Source of the DNA: Hemiscyllium ocellatum
Lineage: Eukaryota
Reading direction: 5' to 3'
Length of the DNA stretch: 64,000 nt
Assembly: GCF_020745735.1 (NCBI RefSeq)
Contig: NC_083449.1
Coordinates: 13,131,868-13,195,867 of the forward strand
The notes under the pieces were generated by a model. The model saw nothing but the letters and a program-made list of their open reading frames with translations. It ran no database searches and was not told where the DNA came from. The position numbers and the translations under genes are program-made. This document shows positions 24,081 to 35,673 of the stretch, piece after piece (the first letter of the stretch is position 1; every line of letters begins with the position of its first letter).

Positions 24081-25443
24081 TATGTGACAGACGTTCACCA
24101 GAACAAAACAGTGAACAACCTGGAACCTAAAATTGAGTGTTGGAAACTAGGGCTGCTGTCTCCAGTGTAAATGCACTGGTTATACAGGCAAAGATTGTTT
24201 GGAAAGGAACAGTTATTGTGAGATAAGAAGGACATAGATTCAAGTTTGATGCAATTTCAATCTTCCTGCATTGTGTTACTGAGCAGTTTGAACAATTCCT
24301 GAAAAGTGGGGAACCAGTTACCAAAGTGGGAGAGAAGAGAGTTCTCAGTGCACGTATTCTTTAGTGAATGGGAAACAGCCTATGTTCTTTAGTTGTAGTG
24401 CCTACAGGATTCATGGATATGTGAACATGCAACACATCACAACAGACAAGAGTCTGTGTTGTTCATCGTAATCAAGGAGAGAAAAGCAATGGGCCTTTGT
24501 GTCTCTTATTGTGCAAAGTCTAACTGGGAATACTAACAACAATGGCTGGCCTTCACAATGCTATCAGTTATTGCATAGTGACCTACTTTTCTGAATACTG
24601 CTGAATTGATGATCAGTATTAACTGAATCCATTTGCAATGAAGTGAACAATTCCACTGCTTGCATCTGACTGACCACAATATTCCTGATACAGGAATGAA
24701 AATTCATCAATTCTATTGTATTTGCTGATGCAGGCAGGATAGTACTTCACCTCTGTAGTGTGATAGTGCAAACCATGAGCAATACTGTTGTGTTGTTCTA
24801 TGGTCATGAGGAGGAAAGCAAAAGGACTTTTACTTTCTGTCATGCAATGCAGAATATTTAAATGGTCAAATTCAGTTTATTAATCAATCAACACTGTCCA
24901 AACCTTCACAGAAAAACATTGAGAAGCTTGACACACCTACCCATTATGGTTATTTGGTTTCTTACTGCTCTGCTATGAATGGTGACTATCTGATTCCATT
25001 GATTCATTGAGAAATCTGTACCCAGATTCCTTGTTTTTCAGTAATGTATCCTAGGTACGGTCAACAGGAATGTCTGGCTTTTTGTACAGAAATGAAACAA
25101 ACCTTGAAAGATGTACAGAATTATAAAGAAAAAGATTTTGCTGGAATGGAAAAAGAAAAATGACACCTGCAAGGTGAAGCAATAAAGAATGACACTGTGA
25201 GAAAGATGGGGCTGGCAGATTCTCTGCTGCCATGATATATTTATGGAAATGGAATGCTGATTGAAAGGGTTGTTAGCTTGGTCAATTGTTACGCTGTTAT
25301 GGATTGTTATTGATCAGTGTAGACTTAGGCTTTCTTCTGTGTTGGAGATCTCATGCCTCGAGATCTGAGAGTAGAAATCGGTTTGAATGTAACATTTTCT
25401 GACACTTGCAATGTATATGGATCTTCATCACTGTTTGATATCA

Positions 25444-25445
<2 letters not shown>

Positions 25446-25484
<39 letters not shown>
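25446..25484 (+). repeat. (GT)n microsatellite
   Basis: Pure dinucleotide run. Confidence 0.97.
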
Positions 25485-25487
<3 letters not shown>

Positions 25488-26071
25488 ATGTATTTGCGTC
25501 TCATTGTAAATCATCCAGGATTTTATGTTTGTGTGCGGAAGTGGTGGGGTGTTAGTAGTGTGTGTGTACATGCAGTAAGCCTTCTGTCCATGTCAGGAAA
25601 GAACATTTCGAATGTACATTATACCATTGTAATGTCCTTGTATGGGACAACTATTGATCAAAAGATTAATTTGGCCTCATCAGTTACTGATAATGTCAAA
25701 GTTTCCCTTTATGTTTGCACTCAGTCTCTACTTCATACATAATTATTGCAACTGTGTAACAATGATCTAAACTAAACTAATAAACCTTTATACCACATTT
25801 GGATTTAATGTGGTTTCTGATTGCAGATTTTGGATTAGCAGACACTCTATACATATTCAGATGTGGTGAATCACGATGGGCTTTAAATGGTAAAAATTAT
25901 TGGAGCTGGCTACAGTGTGCATTCAGAGGAGAGAAGAAAATGTATTTCAACAGATGTGTTTGACTCTTGGATTGAATGTATCCCTCTGGAAATTGAGCTC
26001 AATGTGTGTCTGGTTCAATCCACTCTGTGTCTGTGGAAAGGATGTTCTCTGCCCTGACAGCAGTAACATAC

Positions 26072-26153
26072 CTGGTGTCTGGGAGAAGCAGTTGGTCACA
26101 CTTGGCTTTGTACTGAGTATATATTAGATTGTCTTGGTCCAGCGAGTATGTTT
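26072..26153 (-). other. Putative 82-nt exon, open copy
   Basis: Canonical AG/GT boundaries; same sequence as 55337-55418. Confidence 0.7.
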
Positions 26154-26539
26154 CTGGAGGGAAATAGAAGATATGTTACATCTAATTCAAACTGATCAAT
26201 GCTAAATTCAAGTAATATTAATTATGATTTTTTTTAAAGAAAGACCACATTGTGAACAAAGCATGGTTTGGTTCTGTTATTGCTGTGAGTTATTTCAAAT
26301 GCTGTACCTGAGACTTTTCATCTGGTGACTGCTACATTTATCACTTAGAGGATTGTCACAGTCAAAGTCGATTTGCTTTCTACTATTCACTGCCCAATAT
26401 CAACAGACAGCCTGGAACAGAAGCCAAACAATGAATGGCCATCAGTGTTCAGGGGATTGCAAACCACAAGAATGTCCCACAGCAGCTCCTTCCCGCTCTG
26501 TCTCCCCCAGCAGCCCTCCCCTCCACGCCCCCCACCCCC

Positions 26540-26572
<33 letters not shown>

Positions 26573-26914
26573 CCCGAGAAAGGCCTCCCCCTTCCCCCCC
26601 AGCCCGCTCACACACACAGCTCCCGGTTCTCCCTGAACTCCCCTCCCGAACCAATCCGGGTCTGGGAGCCCCCTCTGTGTCCCAGGCTCCCATCCCGATG
26701 TGCTGCTGGAAGGAGCCCCTGCTGTTCCCTCCCTTCCCTGGGCTCGGAGCTCTCCATTGCGGTCTGTTTCACACAAACCGCTTCCACTCACTGAGTCAAT
26801 GCTCCTCAATGGCCGCGCGGGGGCAGGGCCTCACGCATGCGCACATCTGGACAGGAACCAAATTCAAACTCACCCACCACCAGGTTCCAGTCCAACCGGT
26901 ATTTTTGGGTGGAC

Positions 26915-26943
26915 TAGCTTTCGGGGCACTGCTCCTTCGTCAG
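26915..26943 (-). ncRNA. Hammerhead ribozyme motif in a short PLE fragment
   Basis: Minus strand CTGACGA-A-GGAGC-AGT-GCCCC-GAAA-GCTA, with one stem II mismatch. Confidence 0.7.
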
Positions 26944-27139
26944 GAACCTAGTGGGGCAGGATACTGAATTTATAGCAAAAGACCAATGTATCATGCAACT
27001 GATACGATCTATTGAACAAATCCATTCACTTTGGAAGGAGTAACAGGAATACAGAATAATGGGATAATGGTAAGATTCTTGGCAGCGTGGAAGAGCAGAG
27101 AGATCTCAGTGTCCTTTTGCACAGAGCCCTGAAAGTTGC

Positions 27140-28568
27140 CACCCAGTACTTCCCAGGAGCTGAAAAACTACGCCATGTTCTTCGTGACCTGCAGCACATT
27201 GTCAATGAGGATGAGCACCTCTCCAAGACAGTCCCCACACCTCCATTGCTTGCTTTTAAACAACCGCCAAATATCAAACAGATCATTGTTGGTAGCAAGC
27301 TGCCCGGCTTTCAGGACATCTCCATACAACCGTGTCACGGTAGGCACTGCAAGGCGTGTCAGAGTGTGGACATGGATACCACCATTACACTTGGGGACAC
27401 TTCCCACCATGTACATGGCAGGTACTCATGTGACTCAGCCAACGTTGTCTATCTTATATGTTGTAGGCAAGGATGCCCTGAGGCATGGTACATTGGGGAA
27501 ACTGTGCAAAGGCTCCGGCAATGGATGAATGGGCACCTCACAAAAATCAACAGACAGGAGTGTTCCCTCCAAGTTGGGGAATACTTCAGTGGTCCAAGAC
27601 ATTCCACCTCAGACCTTTGGCTGACAATACTCCAAGGCGGATTTTGTTTCAGGCTGCAGCAAAAAGTGGCCAAGCAGTTCCATACCCATAAGGAGGGCCT
27701 CAACTGGGACCTTGTGTTCATGTAACAGTACAGGTGACCACCATTGCACTATACACACGCACACACATAGAGGCACTCCTAAACACACGGACACACGTAT
27801 ACACAGACACTCACACACACCCTTACACATACATGCACTCACACATGCATCCTCTCACAGACTTAGACCAACTCTACAACCATGCACACACATATACACT
27901 CTCTCACACAGACACTCACAACCCCCAACCCCAGACACACAAACACATTCCTACAGACACACACACTTCCACACTTACACATGCACCCCCTCACAGACGT
28001 AGGCAATCTACATTCACATATACACTGTCTCTCACACTCACAATCCCCACCCCAGACAGACAGAAAGACACACACACAAAGACCCACATGCACACATATA
28101 CATATACATTTGTCGGTGAAATTGTACTTGCAGAGTTACATTGTACTTTGCTCAAAAACTGCATGAATTCATGTAAAACTCTTATCTCGCTTTTTAGATG
28201 AGAATCAGTCTAAACATTATGGCACAGACAGATATCACAAGGGGCTAACACCTTGAACCTATTGTCTGGCTAACACCAATTGTTACAGTTAATCTGAGAA
28301 TGTAACTTTTAAAAAATAGTTTTGTGATTTACACATGAACGAAGTGAAACTTTCATGGTATTTGAACAGATGAAAGACTCAACAAACAATCAAGGTATTT
28401 TTCAATGTATAATTTCATTACATCACACTGTAAACATTTGCTATAAATTCTGTGTCTTATAATTGTGTCCTCCACAGCCACCTGATGAAGGAGCGGCGCT
28501 CCGAAAGCTAGTGTTTCCAATTAAGCCTGTTGGACTATAACCTGGTGTTGTGTGATCTTTAACTTTGG
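27140..28568 (+). mobile_element. Penelope-like element family A (Neptune-like Cys linker + GIY-YIG), 5'-truncated
   Basis: PPLLAFKQPPNIKQIIV..PCHGRHCKAC..YSCDSANVVYLICCRQGCPEAWYIGETVQRLRQWMNGH; CA-rich 3' region; terminal hammerhead. Mirror copy at ~52985-54443. Confidence 0.92.
28479..28513 (+). ncRNA. Minimal type I hammerhead ribozyme (PLE family A)
   Basis: CAC-CTGATGA-A-GGAGC-GGC-GCTCC-GAAA-GC-TA-GTG: intact core, 5-bp stem II, palindromic AGCT stem III, CAC/GTG stem I. Confidence 0.85.
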
Positions 28569-28769
28569 CCACCCAGGTCAGTACAAGTAAGAACGGTACG
28601 GTGTGGTAGCTTTTATTGGTCAAGGGATTCAATTTTGGAGCCATGAGGTCATGATGCAGCCAAACAAAACTCTGGTGCGGCCGCATATGGTGTATTATAG
28701 GAGGGACGTGGAAACATTGCAAAGGTGTGGAAGAGATTTACCAAGACATTGCCTGGTATGGAGGAAAGA

Positions 28770-30243
28770 CTGGAGTGGTGTTGGATAAGCACAGCAGGTC
28801 AGGCAGCATCTGAGAAGCAGAAAAATTGACATTTCAGGCAAAAGCCCTTCATCAGGAATGAGGCAGGAAGCCTCCAGTATGGAGAGATAAATGGGAGGAG
28901 GGTGAGACTGGGAAGAAGGTCGCTTAGAGTGCAATAGGTGGATGGAGGTGGGGATGAAGGTGGTAGGTCAGAGAGGAGGGTGGAGTGAATAGGTGGTTAG
29001 GAGTATTGGCAGGTAGGACAGGTCATGAGGAGAGTTCTGAGCTGGTAGGTTGGAACTGGGGTAAGATGGGGGGAGGGGAAATGAGGAAACTGGTGAAGTC
29101 CACATTGATGCCCTGGGTTTGGAGTGTTCTGAGGCGGAAGATGTGGTGTACTTGCTCCAGGCGTCGGGTGGTGAGGGAATGGCGGTGGAGGATGCCTAGG
29201 ATCTGCATGTACTCAGCAGAATGTGAGGGGAGTGGAAATGTTCAGTCACGGGGCGGTGGGGTAGATTGGTGCGGATGTCCTGGAGAAGTTCCCTAAAGCT
29301 CTCTATGAGAAGGCATCCAGTCTCCCCAATGTAAAGGAGACCACATCGGGAGCAAGAAATACAATACATGACATTGGTGGATGTGCAGGTGAATCTTTGA
29401 TGGATGTGGAAGGCTCCTTTGGGGCTTTGGATGGAGGTGAGGGGGGAGGTGTGGGCACAGGATTTGCAATTCCTGCGGTGCCAGGAGGGGACGGTAGGTT
29501 GTTGGCAGAGAGTGGAGCTGACCAGGTAGTCATGGAGGGAACAGTCTTTGTCAATGTGGATCGGGGTGGGGAGGGAAATGTATCCCTGGTGGTGGGGTCC
29601 ATTTGTAGGTGGATGTACTCCCGAAGCGGTCTCCTTTACATTGGGGAGATTGGATGCCTTGTCGCAGATCGCATTAGGGAACATCTCTGGGACACCCACA
29701 CCAATCAACCCCACTGCCCCGTGGCCAGACATTTCAACTCCCCCTCACACTCTGCCAAGGACATGCAGGTTTTTGGCCCCCTCCTCCACCACTCCCTCAC
29801 CCCATGATGCCTGGAGGAAGAATGCCTCATCTTCTGCCTTGGGACACTTCAACCGCAGGGCATCAATGTGGACTTCACCACTTTCCTCATTTCCCCTCCC
29901 CCCCACCTAACCACATTTCCAACCTGCCAGCTCAGCACCATCCACATGGCCTGTCCTACCTGCCAGTCTTCTTTCCCATGTATCCGCTCCACCCTCCTCT
30001 CTGACCAGTCACCTTCGTCCCCACCTCAATTCACCAATTGCCCTTTTAGCTATCTTCTCCCCAGCCCCACCCCCTCCCATTTATCTCTCCATCCAGGAGG
30101 CTCCCAGCCTCATTCCTGATGAAGGGCTTTTGCCCAGAACGTCGATTTTCCTGCTCCTCGGATGCTGCCTGACCTGCTGTGCTTTTCCAGCACCACTCTA
30201 ATCTTGACTCTGATCTCCAGCATCTGCTGTCCTCACTTTCGCC
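28770..30243. mobile_element. Penelope-like element family B with internal inversion (minus ~28770-29600, plus ~29600-30243), inside a CR1 fragment
   Basis: GIY-YIG peptides FTCTSTNVMYCISCSRCGLLYIGETG (-) and SGLLYIGEIG..IREHLWD..PVARHFNSPSH (+). Hammerhead-like ends at 28828-28855 and 30116-30143. Mirror copy at ~51310-52785. Confidence 0.92.
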
Positions 30244-30559
30244 TTATGAGGAAAGGCTGAGGGACCTGAGGCTGTATTCGTTAGAGAGAAGAAGCTTCAG
30301 AGATGACTTAATAGAATCATACAAGATGATCAGCGGATTAGAGAAGGTGGACAGTGAGAGCCTTTTTTCCTTGGATGGTGATGTCTAGCAGGATGGAACA
30401 TAGCTTACAATTGAGGGGTGATAGATATAGGACAGATGTCAGAGGTAGGTTCGAGAGCAGTATGGGTGTGGAACGTTCTGCCTGCAACAGTAGTCGACTC
30501 GCCAACCTTAAATGGCACTTAAATAGTCATTGGATAAACATATGGATGATAATGGGACA

Positions 30560-31345
30560 TCACAGAACACACACAAACACACAGGCTGGTGTTATCAAAG
30601 CTGAGGGTGCTGTGGTGATGCCTGTTTCAGGGAATGGAGAGTCCCGCCCCCCGAGAGCTGGGATTGGATACAGCCCCATCCGTCAACCCACAGAGGAACA
30701 CCTCCGGAAGGAACAGAAAAGGCAGGAAAAGGTTATTGGCGGGTGATTGGTTCACTTGGAATGACGGTCTGTCAATTTCAAAAAGCCCGCCGATTTCACC
30801 CTCACAAATCCTGAAATGAAATTAAACATTAAGAAGCAAAACACTATCCGTCTGCAACTAAGATAAAAGTTTATTATTTACAGCAGTATTTAAAACCCTG
30901 CGGAAAGCAGGCGGGATCACTGCCTGACCTGTGTGTAACAGGCAGGAGGAAAGTGAGGGGTTTCTCACAGCCCAGCCTAACAACCGCCCTGAGTCAATCT
31001 AAACCCCCCCGCCGGTTTAAACAGCTTACAAACTCATACAGTGTACCCCGAGAAAGGGACAGAGTCTCCCTGTATCGGGACATCTTTGTTTCACCCAGAT
31101 TGTAATGAGCCCGAACACAATGTGTCATTGCTGCCTGATCTGTCTGTGAGAGACAGACCGAAAGAACACGCCATGATAACATCCGCACCGCCCCAGCATC
31201 AAAACTGAACAAAGCATCATTCCTGGAAGGGTCAATGAAATACAAATACTGCAATCTGTCACATTGGGGTCCGGACAGAAATACAAGTCGCGATGTGAAA
31301 TAACCAGATGGGAGATCAAGAAACCCTCCCCGTGTGATCCCTTCC
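30560..31345 (-). pseudogene. Headless H3 promoter/5' UTR plus H3-H4 intergenic relic; H3 CDS and H4 gene absent
   Basis: Colinear with 8750-9745. Shared blocks include GGGAATGGAGAG, GAGCTGGGATTGGATA, GCCCGCCGATTTCACCCTCACAAA, GGCGGGATCACTGCCTGA and AATACAAATACTGCAAT. Confidence 0.88.
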
Positions 31346-31494
31346 CCATTCTCAGGGTCTGTCCACTCACAAACTGTGACGAGAGGGTGGGTCTGAGTAA
31401 CTCAGTCAGATTAACATCTTGGGTATGTCTGCACTCGGCCCCGGGACAGGGACCATTTGATCCGGGGCTCAGCTCTTTCCTGAGAGATGTGGGT

Positions 31495-31510
31495 GGCTCT
31501 GAGAAGAGCC
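31495..31510 (-). terminator. Histone 3' stem-loop of H1 with consensus HDE
   Basis: Minus strand GGCTCTTCTCAGAGCC-ACCCA, then GGAAAGAGCTG (~31470-31480). Confidence 0.97.
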
Positions 31511-31546
31511 TTTGGGTTCAGATGGTTACATGTTACACCGACTGGT

Positions 31547-32194
31547 TCATTTCTTTGCTGCTTTCTTGGGCACTTTGGCCTGGGTCTTGGCTTTAACCGA
31601 TTTGCTGAGGGGTTTGGGGGACTTGGGGCTCTTGGCCTTTTTCACCTTCTTCACGGAAGCCTTTTTCTTCGGCGCTGCTTTGATCACTCGCTTTTTCTTT
31701 GGCGGGGCTGCCTTCCCGGCGCCTGGTCTCTTAGCTGTCGCTTTCTTAGCTGTTGGTTTCTTGGCTGGGGACTTTTTCACTGTAGCCTTCTTGGCTGGTG
31801 TTTTCTTCCCGACCACTTTCTTGCCGCTTGCTGCTCTTCTCACCTTCTTGGCCCCTTCTGCCTTGCCTCGAGTCTGAGCGAGTTTGAAGGAGCCGGAGGC
31901 GCCCTGGCCCTTGACCTGAACCAGGGAGCCTTTCGCCAGGGCCCTCCTGATACACATCTTGATCTGGGAGTTGCGCTTGTCCACCTCGACCCCGCTTTTC
32001 TCCAACGCTTTCTTTATACTGAAAAGGGACATCCCCTTGCGATCCTTGGACTGCTCGACAATCCTCAGAATCTGCTCGCCCAACTTGGGACCGGCTGGTC
32101 TTTTCCTGGTAGACGCCGCCTTTTTCTTGGGAGCCTTGGCTTTGGTGGGAGCGGAGGCTGGAGGAGCCGTTTCGGCGGCTGCACTGTCGCTCAT
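31547..32194 (-). CDS. H1: Linker histone H1 (215 aa)
   Basis: MSDSAAAETAPPA N-tail; globular domain GPKLGEQIL...DRKGMSLFSIKKAL...GSLVQVKGQGASGSFKL; K/A/P-rich tail with TPAK, SPAK and SPK motifs. Confidence 0.97.
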   Translation of the reverse strand: MSDSAAAETAPPASAPTKAKAPKKKAASTRKRPAGPKLGEQILRIVEQSKDRKGMSLFSIKKALEKSGVEVDKRNSQIKMCIRRALAKGSLVQVKGQGASGSFKLAQTRGKAEGAKKVRRAASGKKVVGKKTPAKKATVKKSPAKKPTAKKATAKRPGAGKAAPPKKKRVIKAAPKKKASVKKVKKAKSPKSPKPLSKSVKAKTQAKVPKKAAKK

Positions 32195-32349
32195 GTCGAG
32201 AACTCTGTGCTGAATCTCTCTCTCTCTCTGGGTGAGTCTGAACTGGGTCAGCAATGAAGCTGCTGGGGGGCGGCACTGAGCAACTTCAAGGCAGCGAGCG
32301 GACGGCGCAGAGACAACCTGCCGTCAGCTCCCTGCTCCTGCTGCCTCTC

Positions 32350-32356
32350 TGTGTTT
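32350..32356 (-). promoter_or_regulatory. H1 box (AC box, AAACACA)
   Basis: AAACACA on the minus strand ~155 bp upstream of the H1 ATG, the expected position for the vertebrate H1-specific element. Confidence 0.65.
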
Positions 32357-33939
32357 CTCTCACTGTCTAAACTCTCCGATTCCTCTGAAATTCCGTATCT
32401 CCGGAGAGCCAGGCTCGGTCGCTCCTGTCCCCGACACGGGAAGGTTTGTGACTGAAAAGTTTTCACTCGAATAGACGGCTCCGCTGTCGAGTTAAACGCA
32501 TTTTGCTGCTGCACAGATCGAGACCTCTGAGCTGAGCGCTGACATTGTCGGTACTTTTCGACTGAAATCTTGAAATCATCAAATATATTCCCTTGAATTC
32601 CACCTTTGGGGTCGAGTGGGGCAGCCGGGGGATAACTGGAAATGAAAATGTTTTTGATTCGCACAAGAGAGACTCAGAAATATCATAACATTCGCGGACA
32701 CACAAACACAGTTACGTTCGACCAACCGACCCGCCCTTTTCCTCCAGTCTCTCTGAGACAATATTCACATCCATACAGTCACAGGCCAGTAATATCACCA
32801 AGTGGAAGGGTGGAAGGATAGAATTTCTCCTCCTTTCAGCCTTTGCTCCGGTGTCCCGGGAGTTAGTTGTAGTTTTCTTTTCTCCTCAGTGATTGTTAAA
32901 CTCTCATCAACTCTCCTGGTTACATCCTGAAATATTTCCAGGCGGTTTGTCAAGCTGGGAACATGGAAGTGTAAGCACAGGAACAGGCCTTTCAAATCCA
33001 TGCTGACTCCATCAGAACCTGATCATCGTTTGCTCAAATGCTTTGCAATTAAATCTTTTATTTTGATTTTTCCCCTGGAGACTGGCTGGTCTACAATTCC
33101 CAGTTGTCTATCTCCCTCCGTATTCCATTGAATTGCTCACATTAGCCACCATCCGATCTGTTGAAATGAATGCAGAGCCTGTAGAATCTTGGAACATGAG
33201 CACTAATACATCCACGGTCCCTGAGGCCACTGTGGTATTTACTCTGGGGGGTAGATTATCAGTGTCTGGGATTTCTCAGCCTTCAGTCCTATCCATTGCC
33301 TCAACTCAATTTCCCAAATAATGCTGATTTGGTTCATTATCTCCATCTCACTAAACTCTGTGTTCCCCAAAATTCCCGCTGTGTTAATTATATCCTCTTT
33401 TGTGAACACAGAACAAGAGAAGATATTCAGTTGGAAAACCATTTTTGGTCCCCATTGTGGACTCCCCACATTTTAATTCTAAGTGAACTACGTTTGTCCT
33501 CACCAACCTGTGTGTTTTCCTTTCTCTCTTTACATACCTATCATAACTTTCACTTTTTAATGGTTTCTACAACCTGACTCTGTTACTCCTTTGCTCTTCA
33601 GTAATCAATGCCTTTTTATCATTCTGTGTTGGATATTAAGCTGTCCCCAGGCTTCACGTCTGTCGGGGTTCTTTCCTTCACAATTTGGAGGCCTTTCCTT
33701 TGGATCAAAACTATCTCAGATGGCCCTTGTAAACTATAGGTTTGTAATTTGTAATCAGGGCACCTTCAAACTCATGACCACTTCTGTCTAAAAAAGGATA
33801 AGGGAAGCTGATGTAGGGGAACACCACCATCATATCAGACAAGTTCACCTCCAAGGCACTCACCGTCCTGACTTGGAAATGTATTCCTTCTCCTTTACTG
33901 TCACTGGATCAAGAGCCTGGCCCTCCCGGCTAGGTGGGG

Positions 33940-34425
33940 TCTATCATTATGGGACTCCATTCCTCATCAAGTTCCTGCCTGTGGCATGCCACCCGCCTCC
34001 TCCACCACCAAACTCTCACCAGCCGAGGCCTGGAGGAAGAATGCCTCATCTTCACCTTGATAGCCTCCAACTACGCAGGGTTAATGTGGATTTCACCATT
34101 TTCCTCATTTCCCCTCAGCCCAACTCATTCCAGATCCAACCTTCCAGCTAGGCACCACCCTTTTGACCTGTCCTACCTGTCCATCCACCTTCCCACCTAT
34201 CCATTCCACCCTCCTCACCTACCGATCACCTTCACCCCAACTTCATCTACCTATCACACTCTCGGGTACCTTCCCCCCCAACCCCACCTGCCTCCCAATT
34301 ATCTCTCCCCCTCCTTGTGCCACCCCCTCATTCCTGATGAAGAGCTTCTGCTCAAAACATTGATTTTCCTGCTCCTTAGATGCTGCCTGAATGGCTGTGC
34401 TTGACAGCTCCACACTCTCTGACAC
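33940..34425 (+). mobile_element. Penelope-like family B 3' fragment
   Basis: RGLEEECLIF..VNVDFT peptide; CTGATGAAGAGCTTCTGCTCAAAACATT at 34334-34361. Confidence 0.8.
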
Positions 34426-34564
34426 TAAAATCACTCAGCTACTATAAGCTGGTATTTGCATCCAGTCGCAGACATGATATTACACACCTCTATCCAGGTA
34501 GGGCTTTAGCCCGGCCTCCTGACCAGACATTCATAAACTATCACTGTGACATCAGACACCCTGC

Positions 34565-35640
34565 AACATTGGTGCTGGGTCCATTGCTTTTCAGTATTTC
34601 TATAAATCATTTGGATGTGAAAACAGAAGATATAGTTAGTTAGTTTGCAGATGACATCAAAATTGGAGTTGTAGTGGACAATGAAGAAGGTTACCTCTGA
34701 GTACAATGGGACCTTGTCCAGATGGGCCAATGGGCTGAGGACTGGCAGATGGAGTTCAATTTAGATAAATGGGAAATGCTGTATCTGGAACGGCGTATCA
34801 GGACAGGACTTATATATGCTGAAATTGTGTTGCTGTAAAAGTGCAGCAGGTCAGGCAGCATCCAAGGAGCAGGAGAATCGACATTCAGGCATGAGCCCTT
34901 CTTCAGGAATGGTATGGTCCTTGGGAGTGTTGCTGAGCAAAGAGATCTTGGAGTGTAGGTTCATAGTTTTCTTGAAAGTCGAGTTGCAGGGAGATAGAAC
35001 AGTGAATGAGGCATTTCGTACGCTTTCCTTTGGTGGCAAGAGCTTTGATTTGCAGAAGTTGGGAATTCATGCTGCAGCTGTAAGGGACATTGGTTCGGTC
35101 ACTTTGGGAAGAGTGTGTGGAATTCCAGTCTCGCTCCTATCACAGGATGTTGTGAAACTTGAAAGAGTTCAGAAAAGACTTGCAAGGATGTTGCCATGGT
35201 TGGAGGAGTGGAGCTACAGGGAGAGGCTGGGATTGTTTTCCCTGGAGTGTTGGAGGCTGAGGGGTGACCGTATCGAGCTTTTATAAAATCATGAGGGGCA
35301 TGGATAGGGTAAACAGACAATGTTTTTTTCCCTGCGGTGGAGGAGTCCAGACTCAGTGTGCATAGATTTAGGGTGAGAGGGTAAAGTTTAAAAGGGACCA
35401 GGGCGGTAACTTTTTACACACAGAGTGGTTGCATGTAAGGAATGAGCTGCCAGAGGAAGTGGTGGAGGCTAGTACAATTACAACATTTAAAAGGCATCAG
35501 GATGGCTGTATGAATAGGAAGGGTTTTATAGGGTAATGGGGAAAGTGCTGGAAAATAGGACTTCATTCGGTGATGGTATCTGCTCAGCACGGCCTAGTTA
35601 TACCGAAGGGTCTGTTTCCGTGCTGTACATCTCTCTGACT
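34565..35640 (+). mobile_element. CR1 LINE 3' fragment containing a small PLE-end insert (~34817-34910)
   Basis: VLGPLLFSISINHLD and DVVKLERVQKRLARMLP peptides; typical CR1 3' UTR. Confidence 0.88.
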
Positions 35641-35673
35641 CTTTTAGCTGCATTTGCAAAAATGTCCCATTTA

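Larger units (their letters stand above)
17675..30430 (+). repeat. Left arm of a >=12.7-kb inverted duplication
   Basis: The reverse complement of 51131-64000 is colinear. Mirrored ORFs include 23064(+)/58127(-), 24619(-)/56661(+), 25900(+)/55363(-) and 27136(+)/54055(-). Confidence 0.96.

Noticed and set aside
27712-28201. His/Thr-rich ORFs (also 5310-5720 and 53352-53880)
   Set aside because: Translations of the CA-rich low-complexity 3' region of Penelope family A.
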